From the NCBI GenBank assembly GCA_965248535.1, contig CBDFJR010000002.1:2304001-2368000 (forward strand): a stretch of DNA of 64,000 bases, read 5' to 3'. The stretch's first letter is position 1; every line of letters starts with the position of its first letter. The notes beneath the pieces were generated by a model. That model searched no databases. It had not been told where the DNA came from and worked only from the letters and a program-made list of their open reading frames with translations. Below, one piece after another: positions 1 through 10,170 of the stretch. This DNA comes from Phormidesmis sp. (lineage in GTDB: Bacteria > Cyanobacteriota > Cyanobacteriia > Leptolyngbyales > Leptolyngbyaceae). The translations under genes were made by a program, and so were the position numbers.

Positions 1-519
1 ATGAAGCGCCGACAACGGTTGGTATCGAGAAAGAAAAAGGGTTCTGGCAATCGTCGCAAGGCAATTAACCAGCTTGGTAGAACTCACCTCAAAATAAGTA
101 GACAGCGAAAAGATCACGCCTGTAAGTTGGCGCGTTCCGTCATCACATCTCACGATGTTGTGGTCTATGAAGACTTGAGGGTGAGCAATCTGGTTAAGAA
201 TCACTGTCTCGCAAAGTCAATCAACGATGCCGGATGGTATCAGTTCAGGGTTTGGATGGAGTATTTCGCGAAGGTGTTTGGACGGTTAGCCATCGCGGTA
301 AACCCTGCCTACACGTCTCAAGAATGTTCTGACTGTGGCGTGATTGTGAAAAAGTCTCTGTCTACTCGCACCCATGCTTGTCAGTGTGGATGCAAGTTAG
401 ACCGAGATCATAATGCCGCTATCAATATCCTAAATAAAGGCTTAAATACCTTGGGGCACAAGGAAATCTACGCTTGGGGAGAAATGACCTCTACTGTGGT
501 TGGAGCAATCCTGCCATGA
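1..519 (+). CDS. tnpB: IS200/IS605-family RNA-guided endonuclease TnpB, C-terminal part (5' end probably outside window)
   Basis: RuvC-II VVYEDL, Zn finger YTSQECSDCG...HACQCG, RuvC-III DRDHNAAINI. Confidence 0.93.
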   Translation: MKRRQRLVSRKKKGSGNRRKAINQLGRTHLKISRQRKDHACKLARSVITSHDVVVYEDLRVSNLVKNHCLAKSINDAGWYQFRVWMEYFAKVFGRLAIAVNPAYTSQECSDCGVIVKKSLSTRTHACQCGCKLDRDHNAAINILNKGLNTLGHKEIYAWGEMTSTVVGAILP

Positions 520-574
520 GCAAGTCGCTTCAAAGAACCAAGAATCCCACTGGCTTCAGCCGTGGGAGTGTCAA
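430..574 (+). ncRNA. IS200/IS605 right end / putative TnpB omega-RNA scaffold (5' boundary approximate)
   Basis: GAAT (542-545), hairpin CCCACTGGCTTCAGCCGTGGG (546-566), terminal TCAA (571-574), matching IS608-type GR/CR motifs. Confidence 0.7.
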
Positions 575-644
575 AGATTTTGTCAACTACCTATCCTGAG
601 GGATGAACGATCGTCTACTTTAAACAGGGTCACTGGAGATCACC

Positions 645-2027
645 ATGAGTCTTAATCAAACAAGTCGCCAACAGACAGAAGCGGGCATCAAAGCACTACA
701 AAGCTTTTATAACCCCGGCACCGGGCTTTGGAATACGGCAGGCTGGTGGAACTCGGCCAACGCGCTTGAAACGACGATCGACTATTGCCGATTGACTGAC
801 TCGCTCACCTATCGAGACAATCTCCTCAACACGTTTGAGAAAAATAAGCGCGGTAACTTTCTCAATGATTTTTATGATGATGAAGGCTGGTGGGCCCTCG
901 CGTGGATTAAAGCCTATGACCTCACGGCCGAACTGCGCTATCTAACGATGGCAAAAACGATCTTCAACGATATGAAAGGCGGCTGGGACTCGACCTGTGG
1001 CGGCGGCATCTGGTGGAGCAAACAGCGTAAATATAAGAACGCGATCGCCAATGAGTTGTTTTTAGCGATCGCTGCCAAACTGCATTTGCGAACGTCAGGA
1101 GACACTGGGGCAGGCAGCTATCTAGACTGGGCCCAACGGGAATGGAACTGGTTTAAAAATACAGGAATGATTAATCGTGACAACCTAATTAATGATGGGC
1201 TAGACAGCACCTGCAAAAATAATGGACAACTCACTTGGACTTATAATCAGGGCGTGATTTTGGGTGGATTAGTCGATCTCTATCGCAGCACTCAAGAGGG
1301 ATCGCTGATTAAACAGGCCCAAGCGATCGCCGATGCCACCCTGCGAAGTTTAGCGCCCAATGGCATTCTGCGAGAACCTTGTGAACCCGACTGTGGCAAG
1401 GATGGCCCTCAATTTAAAGGCATCTTTGTGCGCTATTTGGGCGATCTCTATCAAGTCACCCAGCAGTCAGCCTATAAAGACTTTATTTTGAGAAATGCTA
1501 ACTCGATCTGGTCAACCTGTCGCAATGATGCCAACCAATTTGGACTCTGTTGGGCAAAGTCCTTTGACAGCGCCGATGCAGTCCGTCAATGTGCGGCGGT
1601 CGATGCCCTCAATGCCTCGCTAGTCGTGACGGCTGAAGACACCACCTATCAAGCCGAAAACAGCATCCTACATCAGCTTGTGATTGAGGCCATTTACACG
1701 GGCTATCACGGCTCAGGCTACATCGCCGGGTGGAATCGCGAGGGACAATGGGTTGACTTTAAGGTGAACGCTGCGTCTACGGGGTTTTATACACTAACAT
1801 TTCGCTATGCGGCAGCCGGAGGAAACGCATCTCGCTATATCTATGTCAATGGCAAGAGCATTGCTGATAACCAGGTTTTTCCGAGCACTGCAAACTGGAG
1901 CAGTTGGACTGTGATAACGCTGCCTAATGTGTCACTCAATGCGGGGAGCAATACTATTTCGGTCATTTTTAATCGCGATAAGGGCAGCCGTAACTGGCTC
2001 AACTTAGACGAGTTGACCATTCGTTAG
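645..2027 (+). CDS. Glycoside hydrolase family 76 (alpha-1,6-mannanase-like) with C-terminal CBM6/CBM35-type module
   Basis: FYDDEGWW catalytic DD motif, KNAIANEL, WTYNQGV, FKGIFVRYL; C-terminal YQAEN...GYHGSGYI...LNLDELTI. Confidence 0.85.
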   Translation: MSLNQTSRQQTEAGIKALQSFYNPGTGLWNTAGWWNSANALETTIDYCRLTDSLTYRDNLLNTFEKNKRGNFLNDFYDDEGWWALAWIKAYDLTAELRYLTMAKTIFNDMKGGWDSTCGGGIWWSKQRKYKNAIANELFLAIAAKLHLRTSGDTGAGSYLDWAQREWNWFKNTGMINRDNLINDGLDSTCKNNGQLTWTYNQGVILGGLVDLYRSTQEGSLIKQAQAIADATLRSLAPNGILREPCEPDCGKDGPQFKGIFVRYLGDLYQVTQQSAYKDFILRNANSIWSTCRNDANQFGLCWAKSFDSADAVRQCAAVDALNASLVVTAEDTTYQAENSILHQLVIEAIYTGYHGSGYIAGWNREGQWVDFKVNAASTGFYTLTFRYAAAGGNASRYIYVNGKSIADNQVFPSTANWSSWTVITLPNVSLNAGSNTISVIFNRDKGSRNWLNLDELTIR

Positions 2028-2194
2028 TGCAGGCTAGACTACTGGAACTCGTCCCTTGGTGAAGACCACGATCGCCCCCCATCCGCAGGATCAAGAGGTG
2101 AGGCACTAACCCAGATCGACGGGATCAGCACGGATCTTAGTTTAGTGAGGATCATCGCGCTGGCGCTTTGCTATCTCAGCCTCTGCCCCCTATC

Positions 2195-2452
2195 TTAGTC
2201 TATCCCTAAAGCGCAAACTGTAAGTTCTATAGGCTTACAGCGCTTGATCTCGACGTTGATCCCCTGGGCACCTTCGCCTGTCAAATCTTCGACATAGCCT
2301 GAGTGAGCAAATTTTGCCTCAAAAGGGGTGTCAAACGGGCCAAAATAGTAGACACAACTGGGTTCTGCCGTCTTGATCTCTACCCACCAAGGAGTAAACA
2401 TCGCTTGCATAAATCCCGATACGATTTCCTTGAGAATGGTCAGTAATTTCAT
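2195..2452 (-). CDS. DUF1816-family cyanobacterial protein
   Basis: WWVEIKT..P.C.YYFGPF...GYVEDL..EGA..I...IKRCKP..LT pattern. Confidence 0.8.
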   Translation of the reverse strand: MKLLTILKEIVSGFMQAMFTPWWVEIKTAEPSCVYYFGPFDTPFEAKFAHSGYVEDLTGEGAQGINVEIKRCKPIELTVCALGID

Positions 2453-2770
2453 AAGAGGCGCTATTAATGCTGGGGTAAAAGCCTTTAGGTCGATTGTAGA
2501 ACCTCTCTGTCTATCCTGCCCTCCATAAGCCCTGCCAGAACAGGAGAGCTTACGATCGCAAGGGTTGGTTCAACATCTCTCAGTTATTAGCTAACATCTT
2601 GATCCAAGTTTCGGCAACTGCCTTTAGGTGTTAGATTGCTTGATGGATATCCAACCAATTAAGACAGTAATCCGTTCAGGGTCATGCGTCTGTGCTGTCT
2701 GAAACGTTTTAGGCTCGATTCTGGAGACCTTAACGCTATGCTACGACCCATCGACACTGGTTCAATGCAA

Positions 2771-2855
2771 CGGAGAGGGAGGGATTTGAACCCTCGGAAC
2801 CTTTCGGTTCATCCGATTTCAAGTCGGACGCGATCGACCACTCTGCCACCTCTCC
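2771..2855 (-). tRNA. tRNA-Ser(TGA)
   Basis: Reverse complement GGAGAGGTGGCAGAGTGGTCGATCGCG-TCCGA CTTGAAA TCGGA-long variable arm-GAGGGTTCAAATCCCTC-CCTCTCCG; CCA not encoded. Confidence 0.96.
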
Positions 2856-3009
2856 AGCAGTCAAATCCTATATTACCCTAGTCGAGACCCTTGGGGGATG
2901 GGCTAGAAAAATTAGCCAGGATCAAGCAGGTGACGCTAACAATCCACTAAAGAACGGTTAGGAGTCGTGAGGGCGATCGCTTCTGCTCAACAACGATCGC
3001 CCGTTCCCG

Positions 3010-5982
3010 TTAGTCGGCTCCTTCTATGGGGGCAAAGCCTTGGCGCTGAACATTTTCGGTCACAACGCGAGGCTCTAAAAATTGCAGGAGATAATCCCGC
3101 CCGCCTGCTTTTGAGCCAACTCCTGAGAGCTTAAACCCACCGAAGGGCTGCCGTGCCACGATCGCACCTGTGATCCCGCGATTGATATATAAATTGCCCA
3201 CTTCAAACTCGGCTTGGGCTTGCTGAATGTGCGATGGCGTGCGGGAATATAAGCCGCCTGTTAGCCCATAAGGGGTGCCGTTGGCGATCGTCAGCGCTTC
3301 GTCAAAGGTTTTAGCTTTGATCACGGCCAAAACCGGGCCAAAGATTTCTTCTTGAGCAATTTTGGCATCGGGTAAAACGTTGGCAAAAATCACGGGGCTG
3401 ACGAAATAACCCGAATCAGGAACAGGCATTTCTAACGCAACTTCTGCCTCAGTTCGGCCTTGCTCAATGTATCGCTGGATGCGGCTTTGAGATTCGCCGT
3501 CAATCACGGGGCCAATTTGAGTGCTGGGCAATTCTGCGGCCCCGATGTTGAGCGATCGGGTGGCCTCAATCAAGCGATTCAAAAATAGCTCATAAATGGA
3601 TTCCAGCACAATCACCCGCGAACACGCCGAGCATTTTTGCCCACTGTAGCCAAACGCCGACTGCACCACGCCCTGAACGGCCTGATCTAAATCGGCGCTC
3701 TCATCGACAATCACGGCGTTTTTGCCGCCCATCTCAGCCACAACTCGCTTGAGGTGGCGTTGCCCCGGCTGCAACACGGCTGCCTCGGCATAGATCTGGC
3801 AGCCTACCGCTTGAGACCCCGTGAAGACAATCATGTGGGTGTCGCGATGCTTGACCAGGTGTGCGCCCACGGTCGGGCCGTCTCCGGGCACAAATTGAAA
3901 CACTCCCTGCGGAAACCCAGCGTCAATCAGCACGTCGGCGAGTTTGGCGGCGATCACTGATGACGTTTCGGCTGGTTTGAGCAAGGCACAATTGCCTGTG
4001 ACGAGGGCGGCAACCGTCATCCCTAGCGGAATCGCGAGGGGAAAGTTCCAGGGTGAGATGACGACGACGATGCCTTTGGCGTGATAGCGATAGCGATTGG
4101 TTTCGCCGGGTAGATCGTAGCGATCGCCCAAATCCAGTCGCTCCATCTCGTCGGCATAGTAGTTGCAGAAATCGATCGCTTCTGAGACTTCGCCATCGGC
4201 TTCTCGGACGGGTTTTCCGGTTTCTAGCACCATCCAGGCGATCAGGTCGTTGCGTCGTTGGGTCAGCAGATCGGCCGCTTTGCGAAGCATCGCCGATCGC
4301 TGGGTCGCGGGCGTTTTTTGCCACGCCGGAAATGCGGCTTTGGCGGCCGCGATCGCCGCTTCTGCCTGGTCGATGCTGATCATGCCAACCTGTCCGACGA
4401 CCTCGCTAAACTGAGACGGATTCACCGATGCTAGGGTTTGCTCAGTTTGGACAAATTGCCCATTTACATAGGGCAGGTAAGTTTTGCCCAACTGCTGCCG
4501 CACGGCTTGCAAGGCTTGCTGAAGCTGCTGCCGCGCTGCGGGATCGGCATAGTCAGTATCGGCAACATTCACAAAGTTTTGAGCGTTGACCAACGTGGAC
4601 TTTGAGTCAGATTTTTCAGGCGCGGCTAAGAGTTCTTCGATCGGGCGTTCTTCTAAGTTCTGCCGCAAAAACGAACTGTTTGCCGTGTTCTCTAACAGTC
4701 GGCGAATCAGATACGACATTCCCGGAATCAAGTCACCATAGGGACAATAAACCCGAACTCGATAGCCTTGATCGACGATCGCCTTGGCTAATTTGTCGCC
4801 CATGCCATAGAGAGTCTGAAACTCAATGCGCCGAGTGGGAATGTTGAGGGCTTTGGCGATCGCCATCGCGTGGGCCTGAGTGCGAACGTTGTGACTGCCG
4901 ATCGCGGCATAGAGATGCTCGTGGTTTTCCAGCAGCAAGCGGGTCAAGGTCTCAAAATTGGCATCGGTCGCAGATTTTTGATTATAAACAGGCTGATCCC
5001 AGTCTTTTTGAGCCGCTTTGATGGTTTCTTGATCCCAATAAGCGCCTTTGACTAACCGAATGGTTAGAGGAGTGCCGCGCTGTTTTGCCCAGGCGATCAG
5101 ATCGTGCAAATCGCGCTCACTGTCTCGCAGATAAGCTTGCAGCGTCATGCCGATGTCGGAGCGATCGCGAAATTCTTCTTCTAACAAAATCTGTTTGAGA
5201 ATCGCCAGCGTCAAATCTTTGTAGGCATATTGCTCCATGTCAAAGTGAATGGCGGTGCCCAACTCTTTGGCCCGGCGCAGCAAGATCCGAATTCGTTCAC
5301 TCACGCGATCCTGACTGCCTTGAGCATCCAACGGGTCAAACTGTGAATAGAAAGCCGTCAACTTCACAGACACTTGGACTTTTGGAAGCGGCTGCCCGTC
5401 TGCCTGGTCGATCGCCGGAACCGTTGCCCAATTTTGGGAGGCTGCGGTGAGTTGGCTCATCAGGTCGAGATAGCGATCGAGATAAGATTGTGCCTCCGCC
5501 TCGGTAATCACGGCCTCGCCGAGCAAATCGACGGTAAAGCCCATCTTCTCTTTTCGCAATCGCTCTAGGGTTTTGAGCACCTGCTTGGTGGTTTCTCCAG
5601 AAATGTATTTGTGAGCCAGCGTTTCAACAGCGGTCGAGACCGTGGTGGCGGCAACCTGCCCCGGCATTGAGTCAGCGTTGGCAAAATTGAGCAACCCTTT
5701 TAGCGCTGCGGGTAGCTCGACGCTGGCATCCGTTAAATATTCTTGCAGGTGGCGGGCGATCTCAGCTTTGCTCCGCAGCGAAGGCAGACAGTCAATAAAG
5801 CGAAACAACTGCACCCGCAAACCGGGATTCTCCATCGTCCAGCCGAGAAGTTTGTCATCCCAACGCATCTGATCGCGCATTTGAGCAAAGAACGATCGAG
5901 ATTCGCGAGTGGCTGAGAGCAGTTGACGCGCGATCGCTTGGGTTTGAGTTTCGTAGGTGCGGTCAGACACTTGGGCAACCAT
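3010..5982 (-). CDS. putA: Bifunctional proline dehydrogenase / P5C dehydrogenase
   Basis: PRODH motifs IRLVKGAYWD and YLIRRLLENTANSSF; ALDH motifs AEMGGKNA, GQKCSACS, EEIFGPV. Confidence 0.96.
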   Translation of the reverse strand: MVAQVSDRTYETQTQAIARQLLSATRESRSFFAQMRDQMRWDDKLLGWTMENPGLRVQLFRFIDCLPSLRSKAEIARHLQEYLTDASVELPAALKGLLNFANADSMPGQVAATTVSTAVETLAHKYISGETTKQVLKTLERLRKEKMGFTVDLLGEAVITEAEAQSYLDRYLDLMSQLTAASQNWATVPAIDQADGQPLPKVQVSVKLTAFYSQFDPLDAQGSQDRVSERIRILLRRAKELGTAIHFDMEQYAYKDLTLAILKQILLEEEFRDRSDIGMTLQAYLRDSERDLHDLIAWAKQRGTPLTIRLVKGAYWDQETIKAAQKDWDQPVYNQKSATDANFETLTRLLLENHEHLYAAIGSHNVRTQAHAMAIAKALNIPTRRIEFQTLYGMGDKLAKAIVDQGYRVRVYCPYGDLIPGMSYLIRRLLENTANSSFLRQNLEERPIEELLAAPEKSDSKSTLVNAQNFVNVADTDYADPAARQQLQQALQAVRQQLGKTYLPYVNGQFVQTEQTLASVNPSQFSEVVGQVGMISIDQAEAAIAAAKAAFPAWQKTPATQRSAMLRKAADLLTQRRNDLIAWMVLETGKPVREADGEVSEAIDFCNYYADEMERLDLGDRYDLPGETNRYRYHAKGIVVVISPWNFPLAIPLGMTVAALVTGNCALLKPAETSSVIAAKLADVLIDAGFPQGVFQFVPGDGPTVGAHLVKHRDTHMIVFTGSQAVGCQIYAEAAVLQPGQRHLKRVVAEMGGKNAVIVDESADLDQAVQGVVQSAFGYSGQKCSACSRVIVLESIYELFLNRLIEATRSLNIGAAELPSTQIGPVIDGESQSRIQRYIEQGRTEAEVALEMPVPDSGYFVSPVIFANVLPDAKIAQEEIFGPVLAVIKAKTFDEALTIANGTPYGLTGGLYSRTPSHIQQAQAEFEVGNLYINRGITGAIVARQPFGGFKLSGVGSKAGGRDYLLQFLEPRVVTENVQRQGFAPIEGAD

Positions 5983-6355
5983 AAATTCTTAGCCTCTCAA
6001 AATATTGTCTAGTCAATCGAACGCTTCTAACTACTATTGTCGGTTCTGAAAGCGTTGCTGGAGGGTCAGACGGTCAAAAAAATTAACGCGCCGCCGTCAG
6101 CATTCAGATCTGCCAGTGAGCGTCCACAAACCACTCCGGTTAGAAAGCAAATTTATCTTCCAGGAATCGAGGGTCTGAGATTCGTATTCAAAGTGACCAT
6201 TCACTAAACAGGCAGGCTTATAAAATAGTCTCCGTGCTTGTTCTGAGAACTGAGTAGAACTGTGTAAGATAAGTTAGTTCTTAGAGTCGTTTCCTCTTCA
6301 GCCCACGCTCGATCGTCAGGGAGTCTGCCCCTCCAATCGTTGTTGTGTTTTCCCT

Positions 6356-7003
6356 ATGAATACCCTTGATGACTTAACGCTGGTGCGGCAATTTGTCAAT
6401 CGCGACTCAACGCCAGTCACCAGTCAAAACTTTCGCCTTGAGTCGGCCGCTGAGGTGACTCACCTGCTCTCAAAAAAGGGTGATCTTTTGGCGCGCCTCG
6501 ACCCCTTGACTCAACCTCCCCGGCTGATGGTCAAATCGGGCACCCGCTATTGGGCGCTCTTGCATCAAATTTTGTCTGAGCATGGCTTTATGTTGGCTGA
6601 TCAGACGGCGCGATCGCTGCAAAACCTGCCCACTGCCTGCGGGTTTGTGGTCTATGAGTCGCAGCAAATTCCGGTCGGCTATCAGTTGCACTGCACTCCG
6701 GCCAACGCGCTCTGGAAGGTTTGGTTAGCCCAGGCCCGCCCTCAACATCGCTTAGATATGCGGCTAGAGATGCTGCTGTTTACCCGCAATGCCTGGTTTC
6801 CTATTCAAGAAATTTCGGGCGATCGTGACTCTGTGCTGATTAAAACGTTGATTACATCTACCAGTCTGCAAGCGAGTGACTATGTAAGCTGGCTGCAAAA
6901 AACCAAAGCTGCTGACCTGTCAAAGCCAGCTAATCGTCGCCTACTGCCCAGTGCGCTCACGGTGATCAGAGCCATCATTGGCGCACTCTGGACGACGCAC
7001 TAA
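6356..7003 (+). CDS. Hypothetical cyanobacterial protein
   Basis: 215-aa ORF between putA and the next gene; no recognised motif. Confidence 0.6.
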   Translation: MNTLDDLTLVRQFVNRDSTPVTSQNFRLESAAEVTHLLSKKGDLLARLDPLTQPPRLMVKSGTRYWALLHQILSEHGFMLADQTARSLQNLPTACGFVVYESQQIPVGYQLHCTPANALWKVWLAQARPQHRLDMRLEMLLFTRNAWFPIQEISGDRDSVLIKTLITSTSLQASDYVSWLQKTKAADLSKPANRRLLPSALTVIRAIIGALWTTH

Positions 7004-7135
7004 GACGCACTAAAGATTGTGGATGTACAGTTCATATTAGGATCGGTTGCCTAGGCAGCGCCCTGATGTGGATTCTGGTTTTTTCAGTCCACGTTCCGTA
7101 GGATAATTCAGAGAGTTTCTACGATCGCTATCATC

Positions 7136-7537
7136 ATGCAGCTTGAGTTCGTTCCGGTTGAAGAATTTTATTTTGCGCTGACGCTGGCAGTGCGAACCCT
7201 AGAAGATATTGCGACTCCTAGCCTAGTCGAGCAGATCAAAGCGAAGCTAGAAGAGAAGTTTGGGCAACCTTCAACAGTGGCAGCAGCAAATCAAAATAGC
7301 TTTAACTATGTTTTTCGGGTTAAAGACTATGATTATTCTCCGGCTCCTCAACTCATGATCTCGGTGGCAGATTGGCAGGGCGGTTTGCGCCTCAGCAGTG
7401 ACTATGGTTGGATGTTAGATGAAGAACGCAAACCAGTGCGAACTGAGCGCTTTGAGCAGCGATCGGCGTTTTCTCAAGAGGTGCGATCGTATCTAGGAGA
7501 TTGGCTAGACGTGCCGTTGCTAAAACCTAGTCTATAA
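7136..7537 (+). CDS. Hypothetical protein
   Basis: 133-aa ORF with globular-protein composition. Confidence 0.65.
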   Translation: MQLEFVPVEEFYFALTLAVRTLEDIATPSLVEQIKAKLEEKFGQPSTVAAANQNSFNYVFRVKDYDYSPAPQLMISVADWQGGLRLSSDYGWMLDEERKPVRTERFEQRSAFSQEVRSYLGDWLDVPLLKPSL

Positions 7538-8704
7538 CCGTGCAATGACGCTGGATAGAATGGTTGCCATTGCTTCGACGCTATAGAGTTCAACACATCG
7601 TTTTCTGGCTTGCAGTCCCCGATCGAGGGCTGCTTCATAGTTTTGAAAGATCCATTGAATCTTGTCAGCTAGTTGGTCGGGTGAGTTGGGGGCGACCAGA
7701 TAACCTGTGTGATTGAGAATATCGGGAATATCCCCAACGTAGGTCGATAAAATGGGCTTTGCCATCGCCATGCCGTCGGTGAGTTTGAGCGGAAACTGAG
7801 CCTGAGCCGTGAGCGTGTCTCGCTGCGGAACGACAACCACATGGGCAGCAGAAACGATTTCTGGCATTTTCTCGACGGGTTGCTTGGGCAGCTTAATAAT
7901 CCAGCGTCCCCAGTGTTTGATCAGATCGTCGTCATAGGTGTCATAGGGGCTGCCGCCAATAATCACAAGCCTAAACGTCGGATCATTCAACCGATCGAGG
8001 GCCGCTAACACGTCTTCAACGCCCTTGTGAGGTCGGGGCGCACCGGGAAACATCAAGATTTTATAGTCTGACAACCCATAGCGTCTGCGAATCGCCTCAG
8101 CATCATAGGGGTGAGGACTAAACAAATCAGTGTCTTTACCATTGGGGAGATAAACGCCGCCAAAGCGGTTTTTGAGAAACTGAGTATCGATCGTCACGGC
8201 ATCTGCACACGCCACTAATCCTTCAGTCCACTTCACATAAAGCGCGTGATCGGGGTGTCTTAATTGACCGTTTTTTTTGCAGAGATCGCGATAAAGCTGT
8301 TTAAGAGCGGGGCGATAACTCCACTCATCTCCGCCGTGCCAGCTAAGTTCCCAATCGTCCATATCGAGCATCACAGGACGACGAGTTTGGAGTTTTTTTA
8401 AGAGGGATAACCCGAAGCTGGTGGGCTTTGGTTTAACCGCATAAATAATATCGCCATCGATTTTTTTGAGAAGCTGTGAAGCTGATTTTAAGACTTGGGG
8501 ATATTGACCGCCGGGCACCGATCGCACCCCAATTTCATCGGGCGGAGCGGCGTATAATTCGTGCCCAAATTGAAACCCCACGACCTCGACTCGGTAGCTT
8601 AGTCTCTTTAAAACTTGAGCTAAAAGATAGGCTCGAACTGCGCCACCTCCCGATAAATCACTGACCACTAATGAAACTTTAGTCGTTAAACCAGCAATAC
8701 TCAT
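7532..8704 (-). CDS. Glycosyltransferase family 4
   Basis: GT-B pattern PHKGVEDV...FPLKLTDGMAMAKPILSTYVGDIP. Confidence 0.88.
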   Translation of the reverse strand: MSIAGLTTKVSLVVSDLSGGGAVRAYLLAQVLKRLSYRVEVVGFQFGHELYAAPPDEIGVRSVPGGQYPQVLKSASQLLKKIDGDIIYAVKPKPTSFGLSLLKKLQTRRPVMLDMDDWELSWHGGDEWSYRPALKQLYRDLCKKNGQLRHPDHALYVKWTEGLVACADAVTIDTQFLKNRFGGVYLPNGKDTDLFSPHPYDAEAIRRRYGLSDYKILMFPGAPRPHKGVEDVLAALDRLNDPTFRLVIIGGSPYDTYDDDLIKHWGRWIIKLPKQPVEKMPEIVSAAHVVVVPQRDTLTAQAQFPLKLTDGMAMAKPILSTYVGDIPDILNHTGYLVAPNSPDQLADKIQWIFQNYEAALDRGLQARKRCVELYSVEAMATILSSVIARL

Positions 8705-8711
8705 TCAGCAA

Positions 8712-9731
8712 TCATCTGTTTTTAGACGGCATCCAGCGCGTGAGAGATCTAGACAATAAATTCAAGACTTTTTGAGACAGACGGCCGTTTTCATAAAGCA
8801 GCGTGGTAGGAAGCAGCCGACGAATTGTAAACACAAGATTGAGCCACGATCGTCCCCCAATTTTGATGTTTCTATCTGCTAAATAAACGGGAAATTGAAG
8901 AAACGTTGCGAATTGATCAAACTGAGTCTGATTTTTCTCTTTGATCGCTTGACTGACAAAAAACACCAGGCTTTTCTGACAGAATTGGAGCAGATTTGGA
9001 TGTTGTTCGGCTACTCTTTGATAAAAATTAGCATAGGAGTTGACTAAATGAGTCCAATTGTTGGTCATATTGGACTGATGCTTAGTATAAAAAGCTCCCG
9101 TCAACGGAGTGTAGACAAATGGAATATCTTCAGCAGCAATTTCTAAAGCAAAGTAGCGATCGACCATTGCTTTTAACCCTTCTCGAAGCGGATGTCTTAA
9201 AAAGAGGCTCTTGGGCATCAACATCGCTTGCTGAAGGGCCGGGTGAGGAGAATTTGATAAAAAATCAGGGGTCAATAATCGCTCAATTAATTCTGCGTTA
9301 GTTAAGGCCCCGATCGTATGAGGTTGGTGATCGATGATGGCCTCGTTTGGGTCGATTAAGACTCGATCGTAGTCACTATAAAAGACAACTTCTCGATCGA
9401 GATCTTCTCCTAAATGCTCTAGCTGAAATCTGGTTTTGTCTGCATGAATCCAGTCATCGGCATCAAGACATTGCACCCATTTGCCTTTAGCTTTAGACAC
9501 CCCAAAATTGCGCGCTGAAGCTAACCCCAAATTTTCTTGAAAATAATAGTTGACCCGTGAATCTAGCGCCATCAAACTGTCTGCAACCTGGCGAGTGTTG
9601 TCAGTAGAGCCATCGTCAATAATGATGCATTCTAGATCAGTCAAGGTTTGAGAAAGAACACTTTTGACAGAACGATCGAGATAACGACCCTGGTTATAAC
9701 AATTGACAATAATTGAGACGAGCACTGTCAT
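8712..9731 (-). CDS. Glycosyltransferase family 2
   Basis: VSIIVNCYN...IIDDGSTD...GLASARNFG...LDADD. Confidence 0.9.
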   Translation of the reverse strand: MTVLVSIIVNCYNQGRYLDRSVKSVLSQTLTDLECIIIDDGSTDNTRQVADSLMALDSRVNYYFQENLGLASARNFGVSKAKGKWVQCLDADDWIHADKTRFQLEHLGEDLDREVVFYSDYDRVLIDPNEAIIDHQPHTIGALTNAELIERLLTPDFLSNSPHPALQQAMLMPKSLFLRHPLREGLKAMVDRYFALEIAAEDIPFVYTPLTGAFYTKHQSNMTNNWTHLVNSYANFYQRVAEQHPNLLQFCQKSLVFFVSQAIKEKNQTQFDQFATFLQFPVYLADRNIKIGGRSWLNLVFTIRRLLPTTLLYENGRLSQKVLNLLSRSLTRWMPSKNR

Positions 9732-9776
9732 TTAAATCACTCCCATCAGACTCAAAAATCGCAGCCGCAGAGGAGG

Positions 9777-9983
9777 CTAATCAATCACTTTAATCGTGCC
9801 TTCTTTGATTGAGTCAAAAATATGGTTCATCATCCGCCGTTCTTGAGCAGTGATCTTATGATTAGAGAGCAGAAGTGAAGTCATTTGAGCATATTCTTGG
9901 CGGTTTAGCTGACCCGCACTTAAAATTTGATCGGTTGTGTCTTTGAAAGATGCACTTGACCTAATTTGACCGACTCGAACCAT
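9777..9983 (-). CDS. Small hypothetical protein
   Basis: 68-aa ORF co-oriented with the GT genes. Confidence 0.55.
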   Translation of the reverse strand: MVRVGQIRSSASFKDTTDQILSAGQLNRQEYAQMTSLLLSNHKITAQERRMMNHIFDSIKEGTIKVID

Positions 9984-10170
9984 TTCTTTCGCTCACTGTT
10001 CAGTATTTTTAAGGCTGCTTTCTTTAGTGTTGACCAAAAAATCTGTTGTAGAACAAAGGTTAGATGAGAAGCTCATAAAGAGTTGATTAACTCTCTCCTA
10101 TCACTTTTTATAGGGTGAGTTTCGGCGTTTTGTACTCAGAGAAAATACGGGTTTCCTCGTAATATCACCT

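Noticed and set aside
2684..2881. 65-aa plus-strand ORF
   Set aside because: Antisense shadow of tRNA-Ser.
3754..5978. Many short ORFs overlapping putA (likewise within ctaD, ahcY, virB4)
   Set aside because: Alternate-frame or antisense shadows of long conserved genes.
6994..7013. GACGCACTAA tandem duplication at a stop codon
   Set aside because: Two copies only; trivial slippage.
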